From: Raillietiella orientalis
Lineage: Eukaryota
Direction of reading: 5' to 3'
Assembly (NCBI GenBank): GCA_036172245.1
Contig: JAYWIR010000020.1
Location: forward strand, 1,922,001-1,986,000
DNA length: 64,000 nucleotides
This document shows, piece after piece, positions 13,050 through 26,899 of this stretch. The first letter of the stretch is position 1. Each line of letters opens with the position of its first letter. The position numbers and the translations under genes were made by a program. The notes beneath the pieces are model-generated. The model saw nothing but the letters and a program-made list of their open reading frames with translations, made no database searches and was not told the origin of the DNA.

Positions 13050-14520
13050 GACGAGCGTTCCCATCCGCTGAGGACGAAGCTCCCGCTGACAAGGGACGGA
13101 GGGACGTGGACTAGGAGAGGACGCGAGGGCGGGGTGACAGAGGCGTGGTGGAGGCGCTTCGGGAACGAAACGAATCTCTGCGGGAACGGAATTTAGCGGG
13201 GTTCCGCGTCGGGACCCCAGGGGAAAAAGGCAATTCCTGGATCACGGGGCACGAATACCCCTGGCGTCGTTTCGCCCGCCTGGGGGAAGGGGTGGTCACG
13301 TCTCATGCGCGGAAATAGAGAAACCACGAAGGCTCATCTCCGCAGGATCCCAACGCCGGCGGGCGGGGCGGAAGCAACTCTTCCTGGTCTTTCACGTAGT
13401 GGAGATCTGGGAACGAACTGCGCGCTGCGGGGAGACACTGCCGCGCGCTCCCTTGGCCACACTCAGGACGGTCGGACTGATGTGGCCCCTCTGCCCTCTG
13501 TGGCTCCTAGGAAACCTCACGCGAGACTCAAGGGCCTCGACGGGCAGCAAAGAGTGCCCTTGCAGACTCTAAATAGAAAGCGAGATCTTTTCAGGACCGC
13601 GGTATCTTCCGTTTCCATCTCGAGGGGAAACGGGAAGTGGGCTTGATTTCAATCTTCCTTTTCTTTTGCTTTCTCCCCAAAAAGAGAGGAAGACGAACCC
13701 CGGATGTCTTCTTTTTTTTTGGAGGGGGGGGGGGACTGCTCTCTCCAGCCGACCGCCGAGGAGTAGTCAGCTGGGATTCCATCATTCAGGAGCCGTCCAT
13801 GCGCAAGTGGTGACTTGAGGTCCACTGAGGTTTTCAGAGCCGTTTCTCGGGACTCTGGATGAGAGGTGAAAAAAATGGAAGAGATTCAAGGCAGCTTCGT
13901 TCTTCCAGCCTTGCTCGAAACTGCAGGGATTTGTGGGGGAGGGGGGGTAGTTGTCCATTCTTGAGGTTCCCAGAATGCTCTACCCAAGTTTACACAAGTG
14001 GAAGGAGACTCGCCGAGAGGCCCAGCTGGTTCCTGTTCAAAAGAGAAAAAAGAAAAAAAAAGAAAAAAGGAAAAAAAAGAAAAAAGGAAAAAAAAAAAAA
14101 AAGATTCCAGATTCTCTAGGTGAAGCTTCTTCTTTGTTGAGAAATTTCAAATTTGTGAAGTAAACGAACTAGAAAAGATCAACAAGCAAAGGGATAGGTT
14201 CACGAACAAATCTCTGAACTTCAGAAAGAAGGGGAATATTTCGTGCGCGTTGCTTCTCGACATAAAATGCGAGGCGTGGAGGCGTGATCTGCAGAAACGT
14301 GACCGCTGGCTCCACACTCACTCATACAAAGCTCCATTGTTTCATTTCCCGTGCCATCAGAAAGATGTACACTGGTTCTCGTGAGGAAACGCTGTTTTTT
14401 TTTTTTTTTTTTTACTGTGACTACCTGGACTAAACAGTTGTTTTAGGTTATTCCTAAGTTATCCATTCAAAAACACTGGAGAAGCAAACGCCTGGACATC
14501 TTGCCAACGCGTTTCTAGGA
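13050..14520 (+). mobile_element. Probable CR1/L2-type LINE ORF2 relic (endonuclease to pre-RT region), heavily decayed
   Basis: Collinear motif echoes: 'GGVTEAWW' (cf. IGITETW), 'ITGHEYPWRRFARLGEGVV' (cf. IxGY..RxDR..GGGV), 'RPSWFLFKREKRKK' (cf. KPxW..K..KK) and 'KRLDILPTRF' (cf. PGxDxLxxRxL). Each is individually weak. Confidence 0.4.
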
Positions 14521-16697
14521 GAGTCCACATTTCATTTTCAGAAGTCAAGATTCTTAAGAATGAATCTTGAAATCTTAAGAATGAAATTTTATTTAATATT
14601 TAATTTCTTCATTTCCTACACTCCTGTCCTTGCCTTCCAATTTGTTTCTGTTATGATGACTTCATTTTCGCTTTCTATCCTTGAATTTCGAAACGTTTTC
14701 TCCTGGGGACATGACCGTCTCTGCTTCTCATCTATGAGTGCAGATTTGAATTGCAATAGCAGGAAGGAAGCGTTAGGGAGGATTCACCTGATTTTCTCAT
14801 CTTCTGATGTATTTTGGCACCATTTCTGTGGAGACGATGAACCTATTTTTGAGTGTTTTAGGGATAAGATGTATTTCTTCCCGAATTTTTCCCTCTTGAG
14901 ATACAGAGTCGAACTTTTCTTTCCAAGTTTTTACTGATTTTTCTTATGTCACTTTTGCTGTTAAAATTCTAAACCATTAGTTTCTCATTAGGTTTGCGAG
15001 CAAAGTGAATGCAGACAGCTAGTGATTTCGAGTGTCATTGCCAATACAGAAAAATGCAGAATCTTATCTAATTATGCCAATCACAAGGATTTTGCCTATT
15101 ACACTGAATTACGAAAATAATCAAAATGAAGTATCCATCTGTTCTTTTGTGGTTATTAAAAATCGCATAATGTCCAAATAAACTGTGCTGATGGCATTAA
15201 TTTCATATCAATGTCAGTCAGCACAGTTTATTGTGAGAAACATTGGTCTATCAGGCATCCAATTTAGCGTATTTACCAGTACAGATACTAATACTTTCCT
15301 CAATTGCAGCATTTCTGTATTTCATTTTTTTAGAGATCACTTTTAAAGGCATGATTTCTTACTTATTCTCCGTTTAATTTTCCTGCATTTATGTTCCTAA
15401 GGAACTGAAAGTAGGATGTTACAGTTTATGCTACCCGGTTGAAAATATACGTCAAATGCAAACCATAAAAGAACATTTGCAATTACCATTCAGAAAATGC
15501 ATAATTATGTAGATGTTCCTAAATAGCAAGTTGGCTTTACCCTCAGGTGGAGTAGTAAAGTTAATTAATTAATTAGTTCTGATGCTTGTTTTACGAATTA
15601 TGCTATGGAATCCTGTTCTGTTTTGCGAACATCTTCCTGCGTGCCTCCAGCCGCATGGAGGCTCCGTTATGGCGTAAAGTGCACTGTGAAAGTAGTGCGG
15701 TTCCAGTGATTATAATTTGCTCTATATCAGGTAGAATGAAGCTTTCAGATACTTTCTTATTCAAGTATTTGGACGTAGAGTTTTTTTTTTTTTAGTTAAT
15801 ACTCGGTTACATTAATTAATTGAACGGCAGTTTTGAAATCATGGCCGAAAATGAAAACTGAGAGTTCAGCCTATGGTTTGAAATGAAAACGTATTGGAAA
15901 ATTCAGTTTGTAATTCTATAATACAGTTCTATTTGTCTTTGACTGCCTCTCATGCAGCGTCGTGCTTATGTGTTTCTGTGAAATAAAAATTAAGTGAATG
16001 AAACGACCTTTGTTGTTGCTATAATGGTATTTAAGTAAAGGTTTCAGGAAAATAATTCACACTTGGTTTTTTCCAAGTAATTTCATTTGTCAAAAGTATT
16101 TATTTGTTCGTTGCCGTGATGTTTATGGTCTGATTTTTTTGGGGGGGGTTTAATGCAGTCTTTGTTATAAGAAACAATTTTTTTGCCATTTTATAACAAG
16201 TTGCTCGTAATATTGTGCCGTGTGGAAAAACTGTATATCTTTATAATGTCATCGTAATTATTTACCCATATTCGATTGCCTTTTTTTCCTTTATTTTTAT
16301 TACATTCATTGCATTTTTGTTGTATTCTGGATGCCTGTTGAAGAGTAATCACATCTGCCATAAATCTAAAACGAACCAAGTGCAGACATAGTAAACGAGC
16401 GAAAATAAATTTAATGAAAATGTGCAGTGTCATGTTTTATTTGTTGTTGGCATCTGTGTAAGACTTTTGTGTTGAAAATCCAAGTAATTATATCAACTTT
16501 TATTAGCGGTTTAGAATTGCGATTTTTAAATTTCTCCCAATTTTTTATGCAGAATTGTTTTCAAAACCTTTGATTCTACCTGTTTGTGCATTATGTTCTT
16601 TTTGTGGATGTATTTATGAAATTCTAATTATTATTACGAAAACTTTTGCATTGCAGATAAGCCTTATTAACTTTTCATTATTTTAATGTCATAAAAA

Positions 16698-17315
16698 ATG
16701 ACAAATTCTAAAGGATACAGACATGGGACGAGAAACATGTTTTCTCGCCCCTTCAGGAAGCATGGTATGCTACCTTTATCAGTGTACATGAGAGTATATA
16801 AAATTGATGACATAGTGGACATCAAGGTATATGCATTACATAATTGATTGTTATATTGCATGGTATTTTCAGGCAAATAGTGCAGTCCAGAAAGGGATGC
16901 CACATAAATCTTATCATGGCAAAACAGGAAAGGTGTATAACGTAACTCCTCATGCTGTTGGTGTGATTGTCAACAAGAGAGTGCGTGGCCGTATACTAGC
17001 AAAAAGGTGATAGGAGTTAATGATCTTTATCGCACTTGTTTTGATTGTAGAATCAATGTTCGAATCGAACATATAAAGCATTCAAAGTGCCGGGAAGATT
17101 TCTTGAAAAGATTAAAAAAAAATGAGGAATTGAAAAAAGAAGCAAAAAAGAAGGGTATTCATATTCCTTTGAAACGAGAGGTAATGTGATGCAGATATTA
17201 AAGATGTCATGTTGTTCTCTAGCCTCAGCAGCCACGTGCTGGTCATGTAGTGCAAGTTGCTGATGCATCCCAGATTGAATACTTGGAACCAATTGTATAT
17301 GAATTTCTTGCCTGA
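16698..17315 (+). CDS. RPL21: 60S ribosomal protein L21 (eL21); coding exons 16698-16826, 16873-17006, 17051-17180, 17223-17315 (161 aa)
   Basis: The spliced translation is [161 protein letters not shown]. It carries the eL21 signatures, and the three GT-AG introns preserve frame. Confidence 0.98.
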
Positions 17316-20300
17316 AATGAATTTTATTATGTATGTTTTTGTGTTCTAATGGTAGTTGAAGTATGTTTTGCCTTACATAAACAACACCCAGTGTTTGTTT
17401 TGTTCAGTTTAAAAATTATCTTTCATCTTTGGTTTCTAACATATAGCTTCTGAAAGTTTCGTAATTAGAGGCTAAAATATGTTGTGTGTTGCATTTATCA
17501 CTGCTATTCATACCATTCTGTTTGCATTGATCAACAAGGACACAGATGAGCACATGAAGATTTGTTTGTAATAATTGCTGTCTCATGCTAACTAGAAGAA
17601 CTTCACCAAGCATCATGTTATGGATGCTTTGTTTGGTTAGCTGTCATCTTGATTGAATCGACGATCAGTCTTTGCCCTCACTCTGAATATAGGAATTCTT
17701 GCTATCCCAAAGTTAATGGAGTCTGTATGTTCAAGACAGCCCCTTAGCATTGATTATTTTACTCTCTGTTTTCATCAAAATGTGGCCATCAGGACAATCA
17801 TATATTCCATGTGTGTTTTGTCTTGGTTCAAAATGCTTGCATTTTCGATTGATCCTTTTTGAATGAGCAGACTGATGAAATCCATAAGTTACAAGTGCTC
17901 AGGATTAATTCCGTTGCCATCTGCAGTTGAGTGTCGACTTTGATGTTTTTCAAACTCATATGAAGCATTCCAAGTGCAACTGTAGTTGTGGAATCAAAAA
18001 CTTCACGATTTATAGTATCATTGTTCTTTAGCCAACAAATTTATTTGTATTTAACATATGCGCACCTTGGTAAATTTCAACTAAGACTTGCTTCATTTGC
18101 TTAACATAGTGGCAAACAAGTAACATGGTAATATTATTACATGATTGCTGCATTTCTTAATTGCAGTTCAAGATTGAATTTTTCAAGTGTGTGCTGAAGG
18201 GGATTCTGTAGTTTATTAGATTTGGCGTAATTATCTAGCAGAATCAACTGTTGGAACCGCTTTGAGGAGCACTTTTTTAGGATTTTAAAAATTTTGAGCA
18301 GCTTTATTTTATAATCTTAACACGTTAGATTCATTGCTTTTTTCAAAGCATGGGTAGATACTAAGTCTATGGCTTTATGATTGCAAAAGTGCTGAATTAT
18401 TCTAAAATATTGTGCAAGTATTAATAATTCAGTGCTTTCCGGAATTAAATTATCCTTTATTGCTCATTTATCTCTTTTTTTTTGGTTTTAAAAAAAATTA
18501 GCTTCTCCAATTCCTTCATCCTATGCAGTTTATCCGATTTTTGACTTGTTCTGTAGAACTATTCTACTAATCGTCATGATGACACTTTTCATCCATGTTT
18601 CAAACAGTTTGATGAGAGGAAACATTTTATTTTACAGCAATGGGGCGAAGTGCATTTTCTATCATTTGGTTGATTTCTCAAGTTTTAATTGTGGCCCCAT
18701 CCCCATTTTTTAGATTTAGATAGAGGAGAGTGCGCTAGCATGGGAAAACGTAAAATGTGATTGTCATCGCCGGATTTGTCATTCGGAATAGAAGTGCTTA
18801 AAGCATTTATTTACATTAACATTTTTTCTTATTGGCTGGTAATTATATCGTTGGTGCCGTGCAAGCATTTCCCAACAAAATCACAACTTCCGTATCTAGA
18901 GATCCGCGGCTTTTGCAGCTCTTCCTCTTGTCTGCAGTGTCACTCTTCAAGTGTTGCGGTGTGCTTTTGCGCCTTCTGTGAATCGATCATCGAAAAACTG
19001 CCGTGATGTTGAGATCTGCGCTTCCGTTTTGTGCATCCGAGGATTTCTTGGGAATCGCGTGAGCGTTTTGTTGTTTCAGCCAAAGTTTGATGGGTGAAAT
19101 TGTGAGTATCGTATCCGGGGATGGGAACTTCGGTGACCCCGAAGTTCTTATGGTCATGAAGGATGCTCAGAAAGCCGTTTAGAGAGCACCATAAGGCATG
19201 CCAGCGTGGGGGGAGCTGACGAGGATTTCCAAGTTTCCTACCCGAGGAATGGAGGACGTTACTGAGGAAACTTTGCGTTGTGGCGCAAGCTTTCCTCCGG
19301 TCGTGGTTCCAGCCTGAGGACGGCACCAAAGTATGCCCTTTTCGCCTTTCCAATTCGTCAGCGACGGTAGATAATCCGTAACTTGCGTGAACCAGCGCTC
19401 TCGTCCTTTGAATCGAATCGTGTGCACGGAATCTGCTTTTGGCGGCTTGTTTTTGTTCTTTGCCTACGGGATTGCTTTCTGGAATGCTCTTTTCGCCATC
19501 TGGAAACAGCCTGCAACCTTTGACGAATGGGGGATGACTTCCGCTTGCATATCGTTTTGCCTTTTATTCTACGGAGTCTTTCGGCTGTGTTGGTGGTCGT
19601 CGTGAGTCTTCTTAGATCATCGCGTGGCCGAAGGGTTTCCTCGGCGTGGAGTATTCCACGGGAACTTTTGGCGCTGAGAGCGAAGTGTGCTTTTACCACC
19701 ACCATTCCGCTAGTAGAGTTTCTCTATAGGAGGAAATCGAGCCCGTGGTGGTGGCACTCTTTCCACTTGAAAACAAGAAACACAAATGCGTCCTTCGCCA
19801 TCTCGATGCGAGTCTTCCTTTGTATCGGTTATGTGTGATTCAAAGAGGTGCCGGAGGTCGTTTCCTTTATTCCGAGGATTATTTTTTTTCTTCTTCTTCT
19901 TTCCAAATTGAACTTCGTGCAGACTTTATCCCATTAATTTCCTGCAATTGATTTTCATTCTTGGTGAGGCAGAGATCCACTCCTACCCGCTGCGTCATTA
20001 CTCAAACGAACCTTCCCGGTATGTTTCCTCAGGATGTTTCGTAAGGATGTTCATCCTTCACTATAATAATAAAAAAAAAAAAAAGGTACAGGTCGTATCC
20101 GCGTGACATCAATTCCTTTAAAGTGATGGCCTTTGAGCCAGTGGTGAGGATCGAAGCCAGAGCTTTAAAGTCGTAATTTAAACTGGGATACATCAATGGT
20201 GGAAATCGGGAATTATCACCGTCGATGGGTTGCGAATCTTCAAAGTAGGCCGGTGTCTGAAGTGTGCATGCTTTGTCAGTTGACATGTCGACGCTCGTTA

Positions 20301-21774
20301 AAGTCTTGACTGAAGGCACTTCTTGAACTCGTAGCATTTTCTAAAGCTTCGTGTGGCCTACTCATCTCAGCCCGACGATGAAAAGTGATGTCGCCCGCAG
20401 GATGGATTTTTTTTTCCGTATCGGAAACCACGAAATCTGATGAAACGTTGACATAAGGTGCTTCTACACGAAGTATCACTGTTTACGCAGAAAGTGCTGC
20501 AGTGAGTGAGTTATCCGATGCGCTGGTGGACAGCAAAGGTGCCCTTCCGAGGCGACTCGCACATGCAACCAAAAGTGTTTCGAAGAAACAAACGGCACCC
20601 ATCCATAGATAGGTGGTGGGCCACTCGCGAGTTTATAACGAATGCGAGGTTGCCCACATCGGCCTGTCACCGAGCGATGCGACCTCTTGGAGCTTGGCGA
20701 AGAGCCCTATCCGTGTGGCTGGAAATGCAATTCCTGCCCGCCCTTTCCTGCCGCATTCACGAGAGGGCAGCTGAGAAGTTGGTCCATCCGTTTGCCCGCT
20801 TCCAGCTTCCTTGGAGCATTCGAGTTTGTTCCTCCATTCGTAATCCGAGAGACCCCCGCGTCGAGCACCCTTGGAAAGTTTAGAAATATTCGTCGACCAC
20901 CTGGACGAAAACGAACCAATTTTTACAGGTTCTCAGATTGAATCAAACCATCTCTTCGTCTACTTGATATAGCGGGAAGATTCCGTGGAAAGTACATAAG
21001 CCCCCTTGGGCTAACAAAGCTCGAGGAAGCTTATGTATTTTGGGCTAACTCAGCTAACAGACTGGGGAAGGTATTTTTGGCTCTCGAAGTGAGTGTTGTG
21101 GAAGAGTACAATTGAAATTCGGAGTATGGAAAGGTATAACATCTGCGGACAAATAAAAGTGGGTCAATTGATGGAGGCAGGGAAGCGATAGATGCGATTC
21201 AGAGGGGAGGGGAAGGAGAAGAAGAAATGTGTTTACAAGAAGGCTTTTATGTTGGGAAGTCTTTGTTTTCGATTCTAAAGTTTGCCCTGCCAGGAGTGGA
21301 TTTCAAGTCGATTTTAATACACCATTTGAGGCTGAGTGTTCAGAAATAGTTCGGAGCACGGTTGTTTGCTCCGCACCACTGTAAAGTAGGTTTCTGGCTC
21401 AAATTTATAAACTCTTGGAGGGTATTTGCATCTCCGAAGGAGGGAAGGCCCGAGACTCGATGGAGCAACGGTCGAGTGCCGGAGTTGCCACGATGCTTCG
21501 GCTTTGGATGGGGTAAGTTCAAGATGACAAGGGCAAGAAAAATGGACCGACGGTGCCATGCATGCGAGTAGCCCCGCCACTCCTCGTTCACATAGCAATG
21601 AGGCAGCGCCGATTACTCACTTGACTAGCGACACGGAGAGTACGCACTCAAACGTTCACATATGTACATATATGTACGTGGATTATAAACAAACTCGAGA
21701 TTCAAGTGCAGAGAGTTAACTGCTTCTGCGGAATTTTCATTGCCTGTCAATCCCCCTCCTTTCCCCTCCCCTCC

Positions 21775-21800
21775 CACACACACACACACACACACACACA
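21775..21800. repeat. (CA)n microsatellite
   Basis: A cacacaca run is visible directly. Confidence 0.9.
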
Positions 21801-24800
21801 TACTACTTGCTCAATTTCAACAACCTTGCCGATATGGAACGTTGCGGCTAACGAAAATACATCGAATAAAATACGGACGAGGGTTTGAATGTATACCTTC
21901 AGGGAGCAGGAAGGAAGCCAACAGCAAGGTACTTGGTTATTTTAAAGTGTCGGGTGGTTCCAACGTGTTCCCTAAGAGGGTAACCACGCATACGGAATAA
22001 ACAACGGAGCTGCTGATGGCGCAGCGCAGGGTGGCTCTTCGGCAGCCCAGAGGCCTGGAGTCGCCCTGCGAACCCCGAGGGCGTGCAGCCGAGGTGCGAC
22101 CCATCTAAGCCCGTCTGCGGGAATTTGCTTCCCGCTGTGATAAATAAATCGCCGGGACGTTGATCAGCAACAAATACGTAGCGGACTCCACAGTCAGGTA
22201 GTGTTCCTTGGGATGATCGAAAGTATCAAACTTCGTTCTGGTAAATAAAGAAGCAACCGTGACGAATGCCTCGAAGAATAAAGTGTGTTTTTAAGAAAAT
22301 GCTTTCATTTTTACCGTTTAAGAAGGATCAGCACAGCGTTCCTTTCCAGGAGTAAATACAAAAATCAAATTGCAGCGACGAAAAAAGAAAGAAGGAAAAG
22401 GAAGAGGGGAAAAAAGGGGGAATTCATTTCTTGCTTATTTTCAACCACGAGTTTCAAAAAAAGTGAAAGATTGCAGTCGTTTCTACGAAGGAGCAACCGT
22501 CTGAGTTGGCTCGGTTCTTGGCACTCGCTTACAACACCAACGAAATTCCGAAGCTGCAAATTTAGAGCCAATCTTTCCATCTTGGATGAGTGTTGGGAAA
22601 AGCGGCAGGCACACACCTACATGATTTTAATAGTGTTGGTGCTTTCGAAATAAAGTCAGTTATCCCTCTCTCGGTTCGTTCGAAACATTGCCAATTTCGT
22701 TTCTGTACTTTCATACGAACGAAAAATCAAAGTGTGTTACAGCGCAAGTCTAATGCTAACAGAAAGCAACAGAACACTATTGCTGGCGGTGAACAATTCC
22801 GCCCAACCTTCGTGATACATCGGTACATTGATAGGTGTTCCATACGGCAGTTGAGGCCGTAGCAATTACGTAATCGGAAAGCGACCTGGGCAGATGGACT
22901 TAGCAGGTTCATCATGCTTCATCAGGATCTCTGACGATGGTATGATTATCACGAAACTCCTCCAATAACAAGGAAAGCAAACGTCGTTATTGGCAAACAT
23001 CTCGAAAGACAGTAAAGACCCGTAGCAACCATGAGATTCTGCCTGGGACAGATTCTGTTGGACAGGGTACCAGAGTTCCCAAGCCCCCGTGGAAGTGTGA
23101 CTGCATCGATGAACCAGAAAGGAATCTGCAAGCTCCTTGCTGAGAGCCTGCATGGTGCCAAAAGGAGGCAGGAGACGTTCAGAGTCCCTGCTGACCGAGC
23201 ATCCTGTCCATAGGCAGGATCGTTGGTTGTTGTCGGTCTGTAGACAAATCGAAAAGGGTAAGTAGGTGCATTCAGAGTTAGGAGGAGGGCCAACCTGATA
23301 TCGAAGCGAGCTCGCGTCACGGGCTTATTTATCACCATTCCAAGGAATGCAGCATTTGATTCGATCGCATCCTCGAAACATTCCTTGCTCACAGCCGACG
23401 ATTCTCTTTCGAATTCCGCTCTAACCATCAGGGCAGCCGGCAGATTCCTTTATCTCTTTAGGATTCGGAGACGATAACTTTGGACTCCTTATCGGGGCAG
23501 AACCGTGAGCAGCCGCCTCCGACTGACGTCGGACCTCAGGTGGCTAAGAGACCAATCAGAATTAGAGGCTGCAGAGGCGAGGAGAACAGGATCTGCAACA
23601 ACAAGAAGTCTGTGATCCAAGCAGAGATAAGGAGCCCAAAAGCTGGATGAGGTCGCCTCCGAGGCATTGCATCGTGTCCTGCGCCAAAAAGAAATCCCAC
23701 CGGTGGCGGAACCTCAAGAAGTTGTAGCGAAATGGAAACTTCAAGATTTTGCCGATCGTTTGCGCTAACGAAGAACGCGCTGATCCCAACGCGGTTGTGA
23801 CAGTTGTGACTGAGAAATGACAGATGGGCACCAAGCGAGAGTGAATCCCCCTCTAGGCAAGTAAGCAATCAGTAGCTGCCCACGAGTCTTGGGAAACATG
23901 CGGAGAGCGACACGTAGTGTTCGCATACACGGGAACACTTTCAGGCAACCAAGGGGAACCTCGCGAGGCTGCTTTCCTCATCTTTTCCGAGTTCCACGCG
24001 TCTTGCCGAGAGGGGGAAAGCGAACGAGAAACTCATCGAGTGAGAAACCTGGCTCTTGGCAACCGCCTCCTCGCGTGGGACCCGCCTAAAATCGAAGCGC
24101 CGTCCGCCTTTCCGACCGACTTTTGCAACGCTGGACTTCCGTTGCTTCCGATGTTTCCGCGTAGACTCCTGCAGGCTCCTTGCCTTCCTGTTCCCCCTGC
24201 TTCTGTTTCGCCCAACCCCAGGAATCTTCTTCTTGCCAACGAGCGCGGGAAAGAAAGAAAGAAAATAGTCCAAGGAAGAAGACGGGCGTACTGTAGGGAT
24301 TCATAAGCGCGTTCCACTTCGGCTGTCTCCTTGATCGGAGAAAGGAAAGTTCGGACGGAAGACAAGGTGATGATTCTGATAGAAAGGAAAGATGCGCGTC
24401 TGAGCAGGAGACGAGCGCACCCACTTTGCCATACCTGTGTCCTGATACTCTGATTCGCCAGCCCCCCACTATTCCCCTGCAACCTCGTTTTGGAGGAACC
24501 GCTGCCTCCATTCCCGTTGACAGATGGATCAGCTGCCGGCAGCACCCCGCGTCTCCCTCGAGCGACTCTGTGCTTGTGGGAAGTTTCCGGAACTTTGGTT
24601 TCCCGGAGACTCCGGAGGGATCCGTTGAAGCCGCCGCCGTTCCCGTCGTCAGCAGCTGCGCCGCTCAGCAGCCCGGACCGCTCCCATTCGACTTCTGTCC
24701 TGGCCATTTCTTAGGAATTCGGTGATTGGCCTTCCCTCCCTGAAGATTCCTAGGACGTTCGCTGCCCTTTCGAATCCGAGGAACCCTTTTCCTCCGCGCC

Positions 24801-25104
24801 CGACCGGGGTCGCGCCAAAGCTCGCTGCCGGACGAGAGCGCCTTCCTGAGCGCCGAGTCAGCAGCCGTTCCGATGGAAGTTTCGGCTTCCGTTCGGATGG
24901 AGGCACCGGATGGCGTGGGAAGAGGAAGCACCCGCTGCTTTGTTGGCGGATTCCGCATCGCCACATCCGCCGCAGAGGTGCGCTGGTATCCAGGGGTACC
25001 ACCAAACGCGCAACGTGGCGGGGATCCCCCAAATGGGTCCGAAACCCCAGCGCAGAAATTTCGAGCCGTCAAGGCCCCTAACGTCAAAATCTCGAAAGAT
25101 CGTA

Positions 25105-25830
25105 ACAAATAAATATATCATATTTTGCTACGTATTTATTACTATATGCATTCATATGTAGGTTAATATATACCATATAGGGATAAAAATATATATGTGC
25201 TTGTTATGTGTATTATATATAGATTATATATATATAGATATATTAATACACATAATAAGCACATATATTTTTTATTATTATTCATTTGATATATATGTAT
25301 ATGCATATATGTCAATCTATATTTACATATAGATTGATATATATTATGAAATCATGAAAAATAAATATATATTCTTATGCTGTATATGAATGTATTGTTT
25401 ATATATAGATTAATATGCATTATGGAAATCATAAAAGATAAATGAATATGTTTTTTACGCATATTAATGTATATATTAATATACATTCGGGATATCATAA
25501 AAAATAAATGTATATTTTTATGATGCACATTAATTATATATTTACAAATAGATTCATATAATATATATATATTATAGAAATTACAAAATTAAATATACAT
25601 GCTTATTAATACATGTATTAATGTATGTGAATATGGAGATTAATGTGTATTTTAGGGATCATATGAAATATGCATAAACATGTTCGAGATTATTAAGGAT
25701 AAACATTTTGCTTATTATATATATATATAATATATATATTAATTACATATCATATACATATGTGTTGATAAATATCAGTAAGTATGTGTGCTGAAATACA
25801 CCTGTATATACATACATATATTACATAATA
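25105..25830. repeat. Extremely AT-rich tract with a degenerate ~65-85-bp minisatellite and a 25-bp-arm hairpin
   Basis: Recurrent units like atagatt..atatt..gaaatcat.aaa.ataaat.tat.tt start near 25329, 25405, 25475, 25548 and 25635. Inverted arms lie at 25191-25215 and 25244-25268. Confidence 0.8.
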
Positions 25831-26899
25831 GGCACATTCATTTTCTGTGCTCTTTCGGAATTTCGATGGGTACCTCCGCATAATGCCATTTCCTGAATTG
25901 GGATGAATGTGAAGACAGCGAAGAAGTGGGAAGCGAGCGATCTGGACCATCCGGGATGGTCTCCCAGCCGCCGCCAGCAGGAACGTTTTCGAAATTTCTT
26001 CACCGCCCAAGAAGGGGGAAGAAATGGGATCACTTCGTCTTGGCTTCCAGGCCGCCTCGTAGCCTGCGTGCCTTCGCATTCCTCGCAGCCTCCCACCCCC
26101 GTCCCATCCTGGCGCGGGTGCTTCCTCGACGTGCGCGCCCTCACGAGCCGCCGTACTGGCGCGGCTTTGGCCCTAGGAAGTAGGCAGCGGAAAGGACGGT
26201 TGCCATAGTGGGGGGGGAGGAGAGGGGGTGGGGGTCGGTCGCCGCCTCGGAAGAAACGACTCTACGGAGATCTGTGCGCGCCTCCAGCGCGTCAGGACGG
26301 AAAACGAGCCCCCCCCCCCCCTCCCCCCTGCTTTTGTGTTTTTGTGAGGATGTTGCGAGAACCGACCGGCTCGTCGGCACGGCCGTGACGTCAGAGCATC
26401 GGTTCCCCGCCCAGCGCACTCGAAGGAGAAAGACAGAGATTGGCAAACTTGCTTCACCGAAAGCCCCCCAGCAATGTCCTTGCCACCCGTTTGCTCCTCC
26501 CAGCAATAAATCTGGTAATCCTAATCCTGTCATTTGTATACGAATACTTCTGCATGAATTTCTATTTCCTATATATGAATTCTCTATGAATATTTCTACA
26601 TGAATTTTCAAAATGAGAACGCTCTGGAGAGTCGAGACCTTTCGAGGAGGGGGGAACTCTTTATCGTGGAGCTGCCTGGTGCTACCCGCTACCCCCCCGA
26701 TGTTGTTGTTTTCGGTCGTTTAGCTGTCACAGCAATGTCATTCGTTGCGAACAACAACTTCGCACAATTCCATCATCAGATCCAAGTTCCCATCATCAAA
26801 TGGAGACCTCTCTCTCTCTCTCTTCCCCTGATCCAATAAATTACCCAAAGGTCCTCAAGAGTTGCATCTCCGGCAAGCATTGACCGGGGCTTCTCCGAA

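Noticed and set aside
18576..18660. Box C/D snoRNA (ATGATGA .. TTGATGA)
   Set aside because: No downstream CTGA D box or terminal stem at a suitable distance.
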